From assembly GCA_010909165.1 (NCBI GenBank), contig MU008160.1, forward strand, positions 1,798,001-1,862,000: DNA of 64,000 nucleotides, written 5' to 3'. Below are positions 36,468 to 48,683 of the stretch, in pieces. The DNA is from Anthoceros angustus. Its lineage: Eukaryota; Plantae; Anthocerotophyta. The notes under the pieces are model-generated. The model had not been told where the DNA came from, ran no database searches, and saw nothing but the letters and a program-made list of their open reading frames with translations. The translations under genes and the position numbers were made by a program. How positions within the stretch are numbered: the stretch's first letter is position 1; each line of letters opens with the position of its first letter.

Positions 36468-36956
36468 ATGGCCAAGTCCGCATCCGTCGCATCCCTGCTC
36501 CTGCTGGCGCTCGTCGTCTGCCTTGCGGCGACAACGGCTGTGACCGCGGTGGACGCGGACGTGGAGCTGGCGATGCGGAGCTCGAGTGAGCTCGGGGAGG
36601 TGGAGAGCGCGTCGGGGAGCAGTCTGGCACTCGGGCGCAGGTCCTTGCTGCAGGTTCCTTCCGGCTACCAGTTTCCCAGCCTCAGATCCAAGTCGGCCGA
36701 GACGTGCTCCAAGAAGCCTAGCATCTGCAAGAAGAAGGACTCCAAGGGCGAACACTGCTGCAAGGGCAAGTGCGTCGACATTCTGACCGACACAGAGAAC
36801 TGTGGCAAGTGCGGCCACATTGTAGGCAAGAGCAAGGTGTGCTGCAAAGGCAACTCTGTGGACCTTAAGAGCAACAAGGAGAACTGCGGCCGGTGCGGCA
36901 ACAAGTGCCCCGCTAACCAGAAATGCAAGTTCGGAATTTGCAACTACGCCGCGTGA
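36468..36956 (+). CDS. STIG1 (stigma-specific protein 1) family secreted cysteine-rich peptide, single exon, 162 aa
   Basis: Signal peptide MAKSASVASLLLLALVVCLAATTA. Domain CSKKPSIC...CCKGKCVD...NCGKCG...CC...NCGRCGNKC...CKFGICNYA. The ORF track starts upstream at 36330, but the ATG at 36468 precedes the signal peptide. Confidence 0.9.
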   Translation: MAKSASVASLLLLALVVCLAATTAVTAVDADVELAMRSSSELGEVESASGSSLALGRRSLLQVPSGYQFPSLRSKSAETCSKKPSICKKKDSKGEHCCKGKCVDILTDTENCGKCGHIVGKSKVCCKGNSVDLKSNKENCGRCGNKCPANQKCKFGICNYAA

Positions 36957-38164
36957 GACGTGGTCATGGAGCTAGCCCCCGAGCCTGCAGATTAAGAATC
37001 ATCGGAGCGTCTGCGGGAAGGATCCGAAGGATAGGGCAGCCCTGTTTCTCATAATCCACAAGCGAGGTCTCTAGCAAGGTCGCTTGATTAATTGATCAAT
37101 CCATTTGCATTGCTCAACCGTCATGTCCACCATCAGGAAATGTGTGCTTGTCAGGGACTACAGATGCTTCTTCTCTTCCCCCCTCTCCTCTTCAAATCGC
37201 GACCGGTCAGTGACATAAATAACCAGCGACCGATCAGGGCTGATGGACAGTCTGCTGTGGTGCTCCTAAGTCATTCCGTCATTGCTACATCCTGTAATAA
37301 CCCGATATTTGTTTCCCTTCCTTGCTGCAGCCCATGTTACACGGGCAATTTGGGATTTCTAGCTACTCGTCTAGAATACTCGAATAAGCGGGAGCAGGGT
37401 TCCCGGTGCTCAGAGATATAGAATAAGGCTTGCAAGACCTCTGCAAATTTCTTTCCACTTTTTGTTCGCACAGAGGTCGAATCACACGATTTCATTCTCA
37501 TTCATGAATTGATGAAACCTTCACTGCCTTCTCTTCTCGATCGCGATCCAAATTTTTGCTTCCCTAAATTTCTGTCAGTGCACGTTTCACATCGGGTCGT
37601 GGAGGCGCGAAAGCTCATCATCAATCGATCCCGGTAACAGGACCAGTGAGAGTCATAAGTACCATTCTAGCACTAGGGTTGGGGCTCCAAGAAAACCGTC
37701 AAGCCCTGATTCTTCAATCAGGTAGGAAAGGAGGAAGTAAGCACTTATGATTTTCAAGATTTGCGAAATAAGCAGCCACCAGTTACAGAATGATGGGGGC
37801 TGTCCTGGGCGGGGAACCACACTCTCATCACAGCCTGTCGCTAAGCAAGCATGCAGAGAGGTGATGGTGAAATCGAAGGCCTTCGCAATTGCAGTTGGTT
37901 AACTGTTTGCCATCTCTCCAGTCAATTGCAGGAGCTGTAGCCTGTACTGCACGGTACCATGGTACCTTCTCGAACTGCGGGCCATGTTCTCAGGGGATTG
38001 GCCCCACTCTGTCAGGAATCCAGACACCTAAATCTCAGCGGTTGGAGCAGCTCCGGGGCGGCAGAGGGTCTTTGTCGTCCCGAATCCCCCCATGCGTGCC
38101 TCCCATGAAGTCCTTGTGGAGACGTCCTGATTTTGCCGACGCTACATAATTGATTCCAGGCGGC

Positions 38165-38700
38165 CTCTTGTCGGGGTTTGGAGACCCACCAGCTGCACCA
38201 GCCATTCATGTGCTTCAATCGCAAATTGTCTATCTTGATGCACATGCATGGCGGGACCTTCTTATTTCAGCACCCTTCAGGTCAGAGACTCATTCACACC
38301 TTGGATAGCTTTACGAGTCAGAAAGCCTTGTTTTCAGCCTGCTTCCGAGTTTCCCCTTCCGTTCCCTGGACATGACAGGAAGAGGGACCTTTCCCAGTCC
38401 CACCAGATGCACCATCCATCCTGATATTTTTCTGATGTGTTACATAAGCATCGAAGTCGGGGTTTGGAGACCCACCAGCTGCACCAGCTACACCAGCCCT
38501 TCATGTGCAAATTGTCGATCATGTGTCATGCATGGCGGGACCTTCTTATTTCGGCCTACAGATCAGAGACGCATTCACACCTTGGACAGCTCTAGGACTC
38601 AGAAAGCCTTGTTTTCAGCCTGCTTCCGAGTTCCTCATTCCTTTCCCTGGACGAGACAGGAACAGAGACTTTTCCCTGTCCCACCAGATGCGCTGAAGGC
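38165..38700. repeat. Diverged ~290-bp-period duplication of a coding-like but stop-ridden segment
   Basis: GTCGGGGTTTGGAGACCCACCAGCTGCACCAGC occurs at ~38170 and ~38457, and CAGAAAGCCTTGTTTTCAGCCTGCTTCCGAG at ~38320 and ~38600. Confidence 0.7.
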
Positions 38701-39817
38701 AGCTTCCATTCCTGCGATGATATTTTGCATAAATCATTGAGTCCAGCCAGACCCTTTTCTGGAGCCTTCCGAGTTGAACCTCCAACGTGTTCTCCGCACC
38801 CCTAAACCGGCACCAACGAGGTCCTCATTCAATTGCTGGAGGCGCGTCTGGAAGCGATCTAGGGTTTCTGGAACCCTCCCGAGTCTGTCAGGACTCAGGA
38901 CTCAGGACAACGGGAGCCTGGAAGCGGGAGGAGGACGGTGATTCAGGTGAACAGTACATGCCTTCTGCTGGAATCCTCCTGTTACAGTACACTGTGCAAT
39001 TTGGCTGTCTCAAGGACGCACGCTTGCAGCATTTGGAACTCCCGAACCCCAATGCCGCATGTCCCGAAGCTGAGCAAATCACGGTTCTTTTGTTGAGACA
39101 TTTCGGTGACTGCACTGTACCCTAAAACGCTGAAGGAACAATGATCAAGGAAACTGAATCTGTTCCATCCAGGCTGGCCTTTGTCCCTCCGGAACTGCTC
39201 CTATGGAACATCGAAATGAAGCCTGCTGCCTGAGGGAAGGAACTTCACACTGAAAACTTTGCAAGGTGACATGGTTTGCATGACATCACCCCATGCATCT
39301 CTTCATGTTGGAGATGGATCAAGGAACGTATGGGACCTTGGAATATGTGTCAATTTTGTCACCTTGCTGTAGCCTCGGACCAGAGTGGATGTCCCATGCC
39401 TTTTCTACGTGAATAGCCGCATGGCTTCCACTTAAGCGAATCCATGTTAACTATTTATCATTTCCTTACACGAAGTCAATCAAATTGAATATTAATAATT
39501 AATAATATTTTTATCACATCATGTACCGGTTTCCTGGTACGAGATCTATGTGCACGTTATATAGAGCCGTCTATGTGCACGTTACCTTTAATAATTAAAA
39601 ACTTGTATATTAAAATTTTAATGTTATGACTAAATTCTATAACTCTAAGGGCATGCATGCTCTATGAAGAAGTATTCCAAGTCTTCTTTATGCAAACGAC
39701 CGTTTTTTTTTGTGAAACACCACACAAGTGTATTTTTTTATTAAGCAGTAAAAAACACAAAAAGGAGACCCCCTGTAAAACAACAGCCATTGAAATAGCT
39801 ATCGTGGATTATATGAA

Positions 39818-40150
39818 AGCTAATGTCATTCTTTGACACACTAAGCAATCTATGTTAGCTAGCATTAGGGATAATATCAAGCTAATGACATCAAAGATAA
39901 CTTCCCCTTGGACACACCAAGCAATATATGGTAGCTGACATTACTAGAACTAACATCAAAGCTAATGTCATCCCTAAACATAATAGTAAGCAATCTATGG
40001 TAGTTGACAACAGGACTAATGTCATCACTGGACATTCTGAGCAACACTTTCATGTGATCCCCGACATACTAAGAAATTCTCCATTGTCATCCTAACATAC
40101 TAATTAATGTTGTAGTAACATTCCCGAACATACTAAGCAATCCATGCAGC
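39818..40150. repeat. Degenerate minisatellite (~60-75-bp unit)
   Basis: GCTAATGTCAT and CTAAGCAATCTATG(G)TAG motifs recur. Confidence 0.6.
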
Positions 40151-43100
40151 AAGATCATTATAATTTGATTCAATATTATGCAGTGGCCATTTAATAAGCT
40201 AAAATGAAGAATTCATGAACACTTAGGACATATATGCATTGCCAATAAACTAATGTCTATTCAATAATTCAGTTCATTAAAAGTGTGCCAACTAGATAGT
40301 TCAGTTCCGAATTGAACAATTCTATTTGAAAATACAACTGAACTAGCTAGCAAAATGTGGCTTCTCGAACAGGCACATAAAACCAACATAACATATTGTC
40401 CAACATATTGTCCTCAGTCCCCTAGGGCTCATTTCCTCCTAGTGCGAGAGAGCAAAAGTACCTCTGCTGCCAAGATAATGCTGGGATTTCTTGTAACCTG
40501 AACCTAGAAAAACTCGTGCCACATCAGACAAATGACAAAGCACATCGGTAGGGTTGAGCCCTCCAGGTCGAAGAGTTTGGGTGGGTTTACTGTGAGGACA
40601 AAAGCTCCTTCGCAACATGGTCCGGAGGTGATCCATGTCCGCCGCAAGCAAAATATGTAAGGACTGATCAATCACCGAGCCGCTTGACCGTGAGTCGAGC
40701 AAGGGCGCAGCGCTCGTGAAGAAGAACGCTTGTTCTCCTTCTTCGAATCACTGGGCGACCCTTCATCACTTTCAGGGTAATGCTTGGAGTACATGTTTTT
40801 TATCTTCTGATTATTTTTTGGCTCTAGCACCTTCCGGTGAACAGGCCCTGCGGTGTTCGGCAGGGTGCAGCACTTGCGTTTGGCATATGAATTGGAAGAA
40901 ACCAACTAGTATCCAATCATTACTTGCTATGTCAGCGAATTGTCAGTGAATTGGTTGCCACGATGAAATGTATCCATGCCCGATTTGACCTCTATTCAAT
41001 GCTAACTTGGATTAAAGTTGCACCGAATTGGGGAAATGGGTCTCCCGAACTGGCAGTCCGTAAGGATTCTTATTGACCAATGGCTTATAGGTCTCTAACT
41101 CACGATGCACTCTTAAGGGTTTTATTTTCCATATTTTTTTAGTGTCAATGGGACCACCAATCTATGTATGTTACATGTCCCCACTCAAAGTATGGCAGTG
41201 CTTCTAGGGTTAAAAGAACTCAACTACATAGTATGAAAAAACTTGAAAATTTTAAATTATTTTTATTCACTAATATAAATTAATCAAAATTCTATCTAAT
41301 TTACATACAGACAGACACACAAATAGCTTCACTACTACAATCATCAACCAGCAACAATTGATGCTATAAATGCATACCCTAAATATCTAGCGAGAGCTTA
41401 GTGCGCTCAAATCTAGTAGTCTAGCGCGTTCTCCTTGCTGGCTGTGCTTGGCACGCTCCGTGTTTACTGATGCCCCCGCTTGCTAACTACGGCCTCTGGA
41501 CATACATGTCCTGTAGCACATGACCATGCATATATGGTAGAGGCACATTCACTAAGCTACAACTTATGTTTAAACCTGCCTACATATTGGATCCATACAT
41601 ACTGTATACGATTTACTTCTGACAACCGGTTCTCTCAACATAGTCAATGACACCTTCATTCTCTCCTTTGCATAAGAAATCATGTTTCTCCTTATAATAG
41701 CGCATGAAGTCCTAGGTTTTACTATGGAGCTGACTCAAGAAGGAGTTACACAGGGTTACGCAGTCCATCCTACATATATTCGTCGAAGAATATCTTATAA
41801 TTAATATGTAAATGTTCACTACATGGATAAAAATCCTACTACAAAATTGCTATGGACTTTTCTTGTATTCTCATTCGATATTTTATACTCTTTGTCGCTT
41901 ATGAATTATAACAACAGGTACACGCCTTGAAAGCATATAATCAAATTAAAATAATATATCAATCTATATTTTCATTGTATATACCTGGAAGAGTATAGAT
42001 GATATGTAAAGAATAACATACGAAACCATATCCTGGGGGTCACGTTTTGAGATTAACATTAGTGTTCTTGCACTCGCTATTAGAGCAAGTCAAATCCATA
42101 TCCCCCATATGTACGGAAGGGTTCCTATCTTTTTCATGTTTCATTCTTCCAAATGAGCTAGCAAAGTCAAAACGGCCAGACCCTCGTTCATCTTGATTCT
42201 GGTAATATGATAGAGCTTTTCTTGATTTCAAGATCCAAGGTTCAAAGGATAGAAATTTTTTTGATTGCAACCTCCAAGGTTTCACGGTGTTTGTTTCAAT
42301 AATAACATTGTGATAAATCTCTTGTGCAACTAAATCTTGGTTAGTTAGCTTTGATTGTCCAGGCACATCCAAACATGTAGCGACCCGAGTTATGATGTTC
42401 AATAGAAAAAGAAACAAATATTTTCTTTCTTTGATGAGGATATAATCACGTGGCTACAAAACAAACAGATGAAGAGATACAAAAAAGTTAGAAAAGAATA
42501 ATATTATTTAAACTAGATTTAAGTTACAATAGAACATAAAACCAAAACCAAGTATTATGAGTAGTATGAATGAGGATGAAAACAGTCACGTCACAAATGC
42601 TTACATCATTTCAGCATCAGCAAAGCAAGAAGAAGAGGAAAAAAGGGGTACATACTTTTGTCATCTCAAATAAGTTAATAACAATATGAACTGCTATAGG
42701 TTTTTTGAGTTTTTTATAGAGAGAGGTTAGAGCATGATTCTGCATCAATTTTCATACAAGGTCAATGCGCTCTAAGTCATCCATTGCAAGAAAATATTTC
42801 ACAAGAAATGATTTTATATACAAGAATCTAATGGGGTTACTATTCCAAACTCATACATATAATTAAAAATTGAAAAAAAATGCGTTAATGAAGTTGGATG
42901 CATGATCGATTCAACTCGGGGATGCGCGAATGAGTTAGAGAGTCCTTGAAATAGATTCTAGAACTTTGACATGGACGACACCTTGGACCAGAGGATTATC
43001 AAATATATAATTTATTTATCTTAAGACTATTGACATATATCTTGGTTTTGGTTATTGTGGTAGATATATATCAGTTGCTCAATATTCAATACTAGTTTTT

Positions 43101-43599
43101 GAAATATAATATCAAAGAAACTTATTCAACCAAAAGCAATCAACGACATGTGATGATTGCATTGGCATAATTCATACATAAACAATATCGTAAATGATTA
43201 GCATCTAGCAACTAATGATAAACTTGATTATGAGTAATGAGCTTAATAGTGTATTTTATAGTTAAATTAAGATAATTTAGATAAGAACTATTTTAGAATA
43301 TTACAAATATCATAGAATATTATTCTCATTACGATTTTTAAGGATTCGAAACTTGAATATGTTAATGTTGTGTGTTTGTATTCAATTGCGACAGGTAGAG
43401 GATACTCTAGACGTATTCAATGTTCAAAAATGATCAGAATATTATGTAGGATGCTTTGAAAAAGGAATCTCACACACAAAATAAATACTATTATATAAAT
43501 TATTTAATATATATAATAACATATTATTAGAAAAAGATGGTATAAATCTGTATGAGTCACCTTGGAATGTATACAAGGATCCAAAAATACCTGGGACCT

Positions 43600-43860
43600 T
43601 AGTTTTCTTTATAGTGATGCTCCAAATGTATCCGAGCTCCTTTTCTTTACTATGATGTTCTACATAGATCCGAGGTCTCTTTTCTTTACTGTGATGCTCT
43701 AAATGTATCCGAGCTCATTAGCATATTACACACAAAGAAAAGATATTGTATGCCTTATTCCTTTTCAAGGTTGTGACAATCCAATCATATAAGTAACAAA
43801 GAAAAAGATATTGTATGCCTTATTCCTTTTCAAGGTTGTGACAATCCAATCATATAAGTA
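43600..43860. repeat. Short tandem repeats: ~3 x (TGATGCTC..AATGTATCCGAG) and a near-exact 64/65-bp duplication (43732..43860)
   Basis: ACAAAGAAAAGATATTGTATGCCTTATTCCTTTTCAAGGTTGTGACAATCCAATCATATAAGTA occurs twice. Confidence 0.85.
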
Positions 43861-43908
43861 TATAGCTACTAGTTACAAAAGGATACACATTTATAAGAAC
43901 ATCACTTG

Positions 43909-44081
43909 TAAGCATCCTAAGCTGTGCTTCATACTTGGATGAGATGCCTAGAGGGAGTGGATACTCTTGGTGCTAAAGGCTTAGGCACACTTTGGTACAA
44001 GTTGTCAAGTACCAAGACAGAAACTCGTCTCTAAGAAGAAAATTTATCCTTAATGGACTTAAAGAAAATTCTTCTTCTTCT
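43909..44081 (+). mobile_element. SINE-like / non-LTR 3'-end repeat with a (TTC)n tail, copy 1
   Basis: TAAGCATCCT...AGGGAGTGGA...GTACAAGTT...AAGTACCAAG...TCCTTAATGGACTTAAA...ATTCTTCTTCTTCT, homologous to 57693..57851. Confidence 0.65.
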
Positions 44082-44273
44082 CCAATATAGAAGCCTTTAC
44101 AATATGTGTATCAATAATATAACAATACTATAAACTGCTGAAAAGATGACGTTGGACCTTTCTTTACATGTGCTGAGGCTCACCAGGAAAACCAACCATT
44201 CAATGCTGATGGCAGGTTGCGGCCTATCACTAACATGCCTTGATAGATATCCCGCTAGGGCCGGCGTCAGAAG

Positions 44274-46047
44274 CTACAGAGGAATCTCAGAAGCAGGTTC
44301 TGGACATGCCCGTGCTGGATTAAATCTCCCTTCCAACAGGGACTTGGATAGCACTATTTGACCCTGCTTCATTACCATCTGGATGTTATCGGGATCCGAC
44401 AGGACAGAGATATCCTGGAGGGGATTCTTCTGCAGCAGAACAAGATCTGCAAAACGGCCCACTGCAACAAGTCCAATTTGCTGTTCCATGTTAAACAGTC
44501 GAGCACAGTTCCAGGTAGCTGATCTGAGCACTGCCCTGGCACTTTGCACTGTGCCTCTTAATGAGAACTCTTTAAGCTGCTGATCGTGCATGACTCCCAG
44601 CAGGTCACTTCCATAGCATATATTCACGCCGTTCTTGTCTGCCAAGGACAGTGCATGGCGCCCATCTTCTAACAGTAGCCCAACCTGAGCAAAACATCAA
44701 ACAGAAATAGTATTAAAGTGGTCAGTAATACTCACATGAAGAACTCAGTGGTTTTGAGTCCTGCACCTTCTCAACTTGCTCTGCTGGCATTCCAGCATCC
44801 TTTCCTCGCCGAACAATCTGATCGTATGTGACCAAGGTGGGCACTAGAAATGCATCCTTCTCTACAAACAGCTTGATGCACTCTTCATTTATGTACTGAA
44901 AGGAGCATGATGAGATGTAAGAACCAAAGGATATTGAGTCGTGGAACATCAACGTGTGTGGCCGCATGTAAGTTCAGAAGAGATGACATACGTTTCCATG
45001 CTCAATTGAGCGAACACCTAGTTCCAGAGATCTCAGCACAGCAGGAGCTGTGTAAGCATGTGCACATACGTAGGTTCCTGCATTTCTGGCTTCTTCTACT
45101 ATTGCTCGAATCTCCTCCTCTGAAAACTGCCACAACACAGTACTGACAAGACTCAGGCCTAGTAAGCTTCAAAAACAGTGACCAGCCTGGGCCTGTGCAA
45201 CAAAGATGGGTGCTACCTGCAAGTTGCTTAACCGATCAGTTGGAGAGGAGACTCCCCCTGACGCCATGATCTTGATCTGGTGAGCACCTTTTCGAAGCTC
45301 ATCCCGAGCAGCTCGTCGTACCTCTGTCACTCCATCGCATACTCGGCCAAGGTTCGCAGCACCTGCTGAGCAGGGACAGCAGGGAAGATTCTCCTCTCCT
45401 GCTGACCGGAAGTCCCCATGGCCTCCTGTCTGTGACAAGGCACGGCCGCTGAAGAGGATTCTGGGTCCCGGAATCAACCCCTCCTCCACTGCCTACAGCT
45501 AGAGCAGACTCATCAGAAACAACCCACATCCATAGGCATGCGGTCGAGCAATGCCACAGTGAGATTGTCGGTACAGTACCTTAGCCAGACCCCAATCACA
45601 GCCACCTGCATCTCGCACTGTGGTGAATCCTCGCATCAGCATGCCCTCCAACACCTTGATGGCTCTTGCTGTGACCAAAGATGTTGGGATCATGGTAAGG
45701 TCATGCAGGTTAGCTGTCACGGCTGTAACGTGCACATGGGCATCACACAGCCCTGGAATCAAAAACAAGCCAGTGCAATCCACAACCTGCAGCACCAGGG
45801 GACCATATTAGAGCCTCCCAGGAGCTTCGGGATGGTTTGCTGGAAGATGAAATGGCCTCACCAAATTGCTTTTGGCACGTGCTGCATCCAGGCCCACCGA
45901 GTCCATGATGAAGCTGATGTGATGGTCTTGGATGAGCACGTCCTTGTTCAGATGTTCGTGGAAGTACTGGTCCATGCCGATGACCGTGCAATTGTAGAGG
46001 AGAACGTTCCATGGCTCTTCTACGGGGGTTGCCTCGTCGGGGTCCAT
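44274..46047 (-). CDS. Metal-dependent amidohydrolase (Xaa-Pro dipeptidase-like / ochratoxinase-like subgroup), 6 exons, ~447 aa
   Basis: Exons 46047-45862, 45786-45580, 45492-45217, 45126-44992, 44895-44767 and 44684-44274, all GT-AG and in frame. Motifs PGLCDAHVH, GFTTVRDAGG, QIKIMASGG, AHAY, SIEHGN, GSDLLG, GRFADLV. Confidence 0.9.
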
Positions 46048-46251
46048 GAGCTCGCTCTGAAGCAACAAATCGGTGGCGATCACCCCGGACACTCCTTGCC
46101 TGCGTTGTAATTAATATCTTCGCATGGGTCAGTCTGATTTCCGACAACTCTTGTGGCTGCCGTGACAATGAACATGACCTGCATTTGCTCTCATTTGTGA
46201 TTAAGGATACAGCTTCCCTCATTTTCCTTCCTGTAGTCGCTCATAGGCGCC
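46048..46251. promoter_or_regulatory. Putative bidirectional promoter / 5' UTR interval (~200 bp between divergent ATGs)
   Basis: The amidohydrolase ATG is at 46047(-) and the methyltransferase ATG at 46252(+). Confidence 0.5.
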
Positions 46252-47921
46252 ATGGCAACGACCGCGTCATTTGGTGTGAAGCTGTGTCCCGCTCTATCAA
46301 AGAAACCCGCTCTCTCTGTCAGAGAAGAATTCAGCTGTACAGCAAGATGGCCATGGCTGCACCCACCATCTCCTGAAATGTTCGCTGGGAGGCCTTCGAA
46401 TGGACAGAACACGCATAGAGAGCATGATAAGGGAGGGAAGACGATTTTCCCTGTACGTGCGAGTGAAGGAGAGCGTTTTGCAGCTGCAGACGCCTGCACT
46501 GAAGTGCCGAATTCTGCACCTGAGAAGACTTCACAGAGTAGCTTGTGGTGCCCTTGCTCAGCCTGCAGCAGAAGGGGCCTGATTACAGGACTCGGGGGCA
46601 TGCTGGTTCAACCACCTCGTGGAGCCAATGCCTTCGAAGGAGATGAAGACACCTTTTTGGTGATGCAAACTTGATGCATATGCAGTCATGTATCCGTTTT
46701 GTCATCTGATGTCTGCACTCTTGTGATCATGGTGGTTTAGTTGTATGTACTTCCTCCCGACCTCAGAGGCTGTTGCTGGTGTTATGCTTGCATTGGTTTC
46801 ATGGTCTGCTGGATATCTGAGTCTGAATCTGTTCACCGTAGAGGACTTTGGAGGCAGTTCATCCAAAACGTCCGGACTGGTACGAGGAATACTTCGCAAG
46901 AGCTATGAAGGAGGGCATGACATCTTACGAGAACCAGGTTGGCAACAGCTCATCTAAGGATGTCTTCGTGTCCAGTTTTGGCTGACTGGAGTTAGCATTC
47001 TCAGCTTGCCTTCTGCTATTCTAGCAACCTCCACCAGCCGGAAGCAAAGCATCTAAGAATGTCTAATGGGAGTGGTGCTGTGAAAGATCTCAAGCTTCAA
47101 GGAAAAACTCTTCAAGAAGCTGGATGAGGGGAGAATCCTTGAACTGGGTGTTGGAACAGGCCCCAACCTGAAGTTCTATGCTGGGAGGGAACATACTGCC
47201 GTGGTTGGAGTGGATCCAAACATGCGTATGGAAAGATATGCTCGAGCATCTGCCTCTGCAGCAGGACTTCCGTTCGAGTTTGTGCATGCAGTAACACTAC
47301 ACCCTTACCTGGTTTCACATCATGTTTTCGCTCTTCCAATTCAGTGTTTCAACAGTCCTTTTGCTTCACACGATCTCACTCCTACTAATGCATGCTAGGT
47401 TGGCGAAGCGATCCCATTGCCTGACGCCTCTGTAGATGCTGTTGTATGCACCCTGGTCCTCTGCTCTGTCAAAAGCGTGGAATCCACTCTGTCAGGTGAG
47501 ATGCAAACCCGTTCCTCTCCTGGATAGTTCATCCAACACTTACGAGCCTGGCTTGGCTTTCCCTTGCAGAAGTCAAGAGAGTGCTGAAACCAGGCGGAAA
47601 CTTTCTGTTTCTGGAGCATGTTGTTGCAGCAGGTTGGTACATTGCACTTCCCTGCTATCAGTTTCTCTGCTCCACTCCAGCTTGCCCTCACCGTTCCCTT
47701 TCGCCTGTGGGTCTGCAGAGGGCTCCTCTTTGAGATTCTGGCAGAACGTGCTGGACCCTTTGCAGCAACTTGCTGCTGATGGGTGTCATCTCACTAGAGA
47801 CACACTTGGCTATATCCAGCAAGCAGGATTTGAGTCTGTCGACGCCAGGAGGATCATGGTCCCAAATTTGTCAATCCTAAGCCCCCATATCCTGGGCACA
47901 GCCCAGACAATTGCATTATAA
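46252..47921 (+). CDS. Plastid-targeted class I SAM-dependent methyltransferase (Methyltransf_11 / METTL7-like), 6 exons
   Basis: Exons 46252-46659, 46842-46937, 47087-47290, 47399-47495, 47570-47632 and 47719-47921. Motifs HPKRPDWYEE, ILELGVGTGPN, VDAVVCTLVLCSV, RVLKPGG..FLEHV, DGCHLTRD. Confidence 0.9.
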
Positions 47922-48683
47922 TTATCGAACAGTTACCTTCTGGCGAGCATTACTTTGTGAACAGCAGAATCCAACGGCACGGCAATACAGAGTTCAGGTA
48001 GGCAAATTTGCACACGTATCACGAAGAATCTGTCATTCATTTTTGTCCTTTTTGAAACTGCCATCAGTGCTTTCGCCTGCCCCTGTCCTCGCCCTGTTTC
48101 CTTGCAAGTCGTCTTCATCTTCTCATTTTTTTCCATGAAGATGCACACGGAATTCAGTGTGCAAAGTGTCATGCCACACCAGATGAGCTTTCAAACGGGC
48201 ATGTCATGTTCAAGCCGAGCCTCACACCGGCGTGCCATAGCCAGCAATTACACCCAAATCTGACCACTGAAGGCCATATACAAGAACAGCCAATCCAAAC
48301 TGGGGCCCCTTATCTCTGATGTCTTAGGTTCGCGATTGCATTTGCCATGTGAAGAAACGAACAGTTTGGTATGTGTCTTTGGAAGTCTCGCACCAAATAT
48401 CTGGTTGTCGTTAAGTACCTCAAGAAGAATTGGCCTTTGTAGGATTCAGGGGTGTGCAATAGAAGAGCCCAACAAACAAAAGGTGCTCATTCCCACATTC
48501 ATACATCCCGCAGCCCCGCAGTTGACCGTCTGACGTAGAAAATCGGGGTTTAGGGCTTATCCGGGCATTGGATCTGTCGAAACTGCGGTCTCCGATGCAG
48601 GGCTGTGGTTCATTCGATCAGGAATCTGCAGGCAGTGGAATGCAGGCGGACTGCGATTCTGATAAGCCCAGCAGGAGTTAGTC

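Noticed and set aside
42040-42417. 125-aa minus-strand ORF with a hydrophobic start
   Set aside because: It begins at TTG with an in-frame stop shortly upstream and no ATG start, and has no family motif.
39480-43600. Long AT-rich stretch as a possible organellar insertion or hidden gene
   Set aside because: No plastid or mitochondrial gene motifs or spliceable ORFs were recognised; treated as intergenic or decayed repeat DNA.
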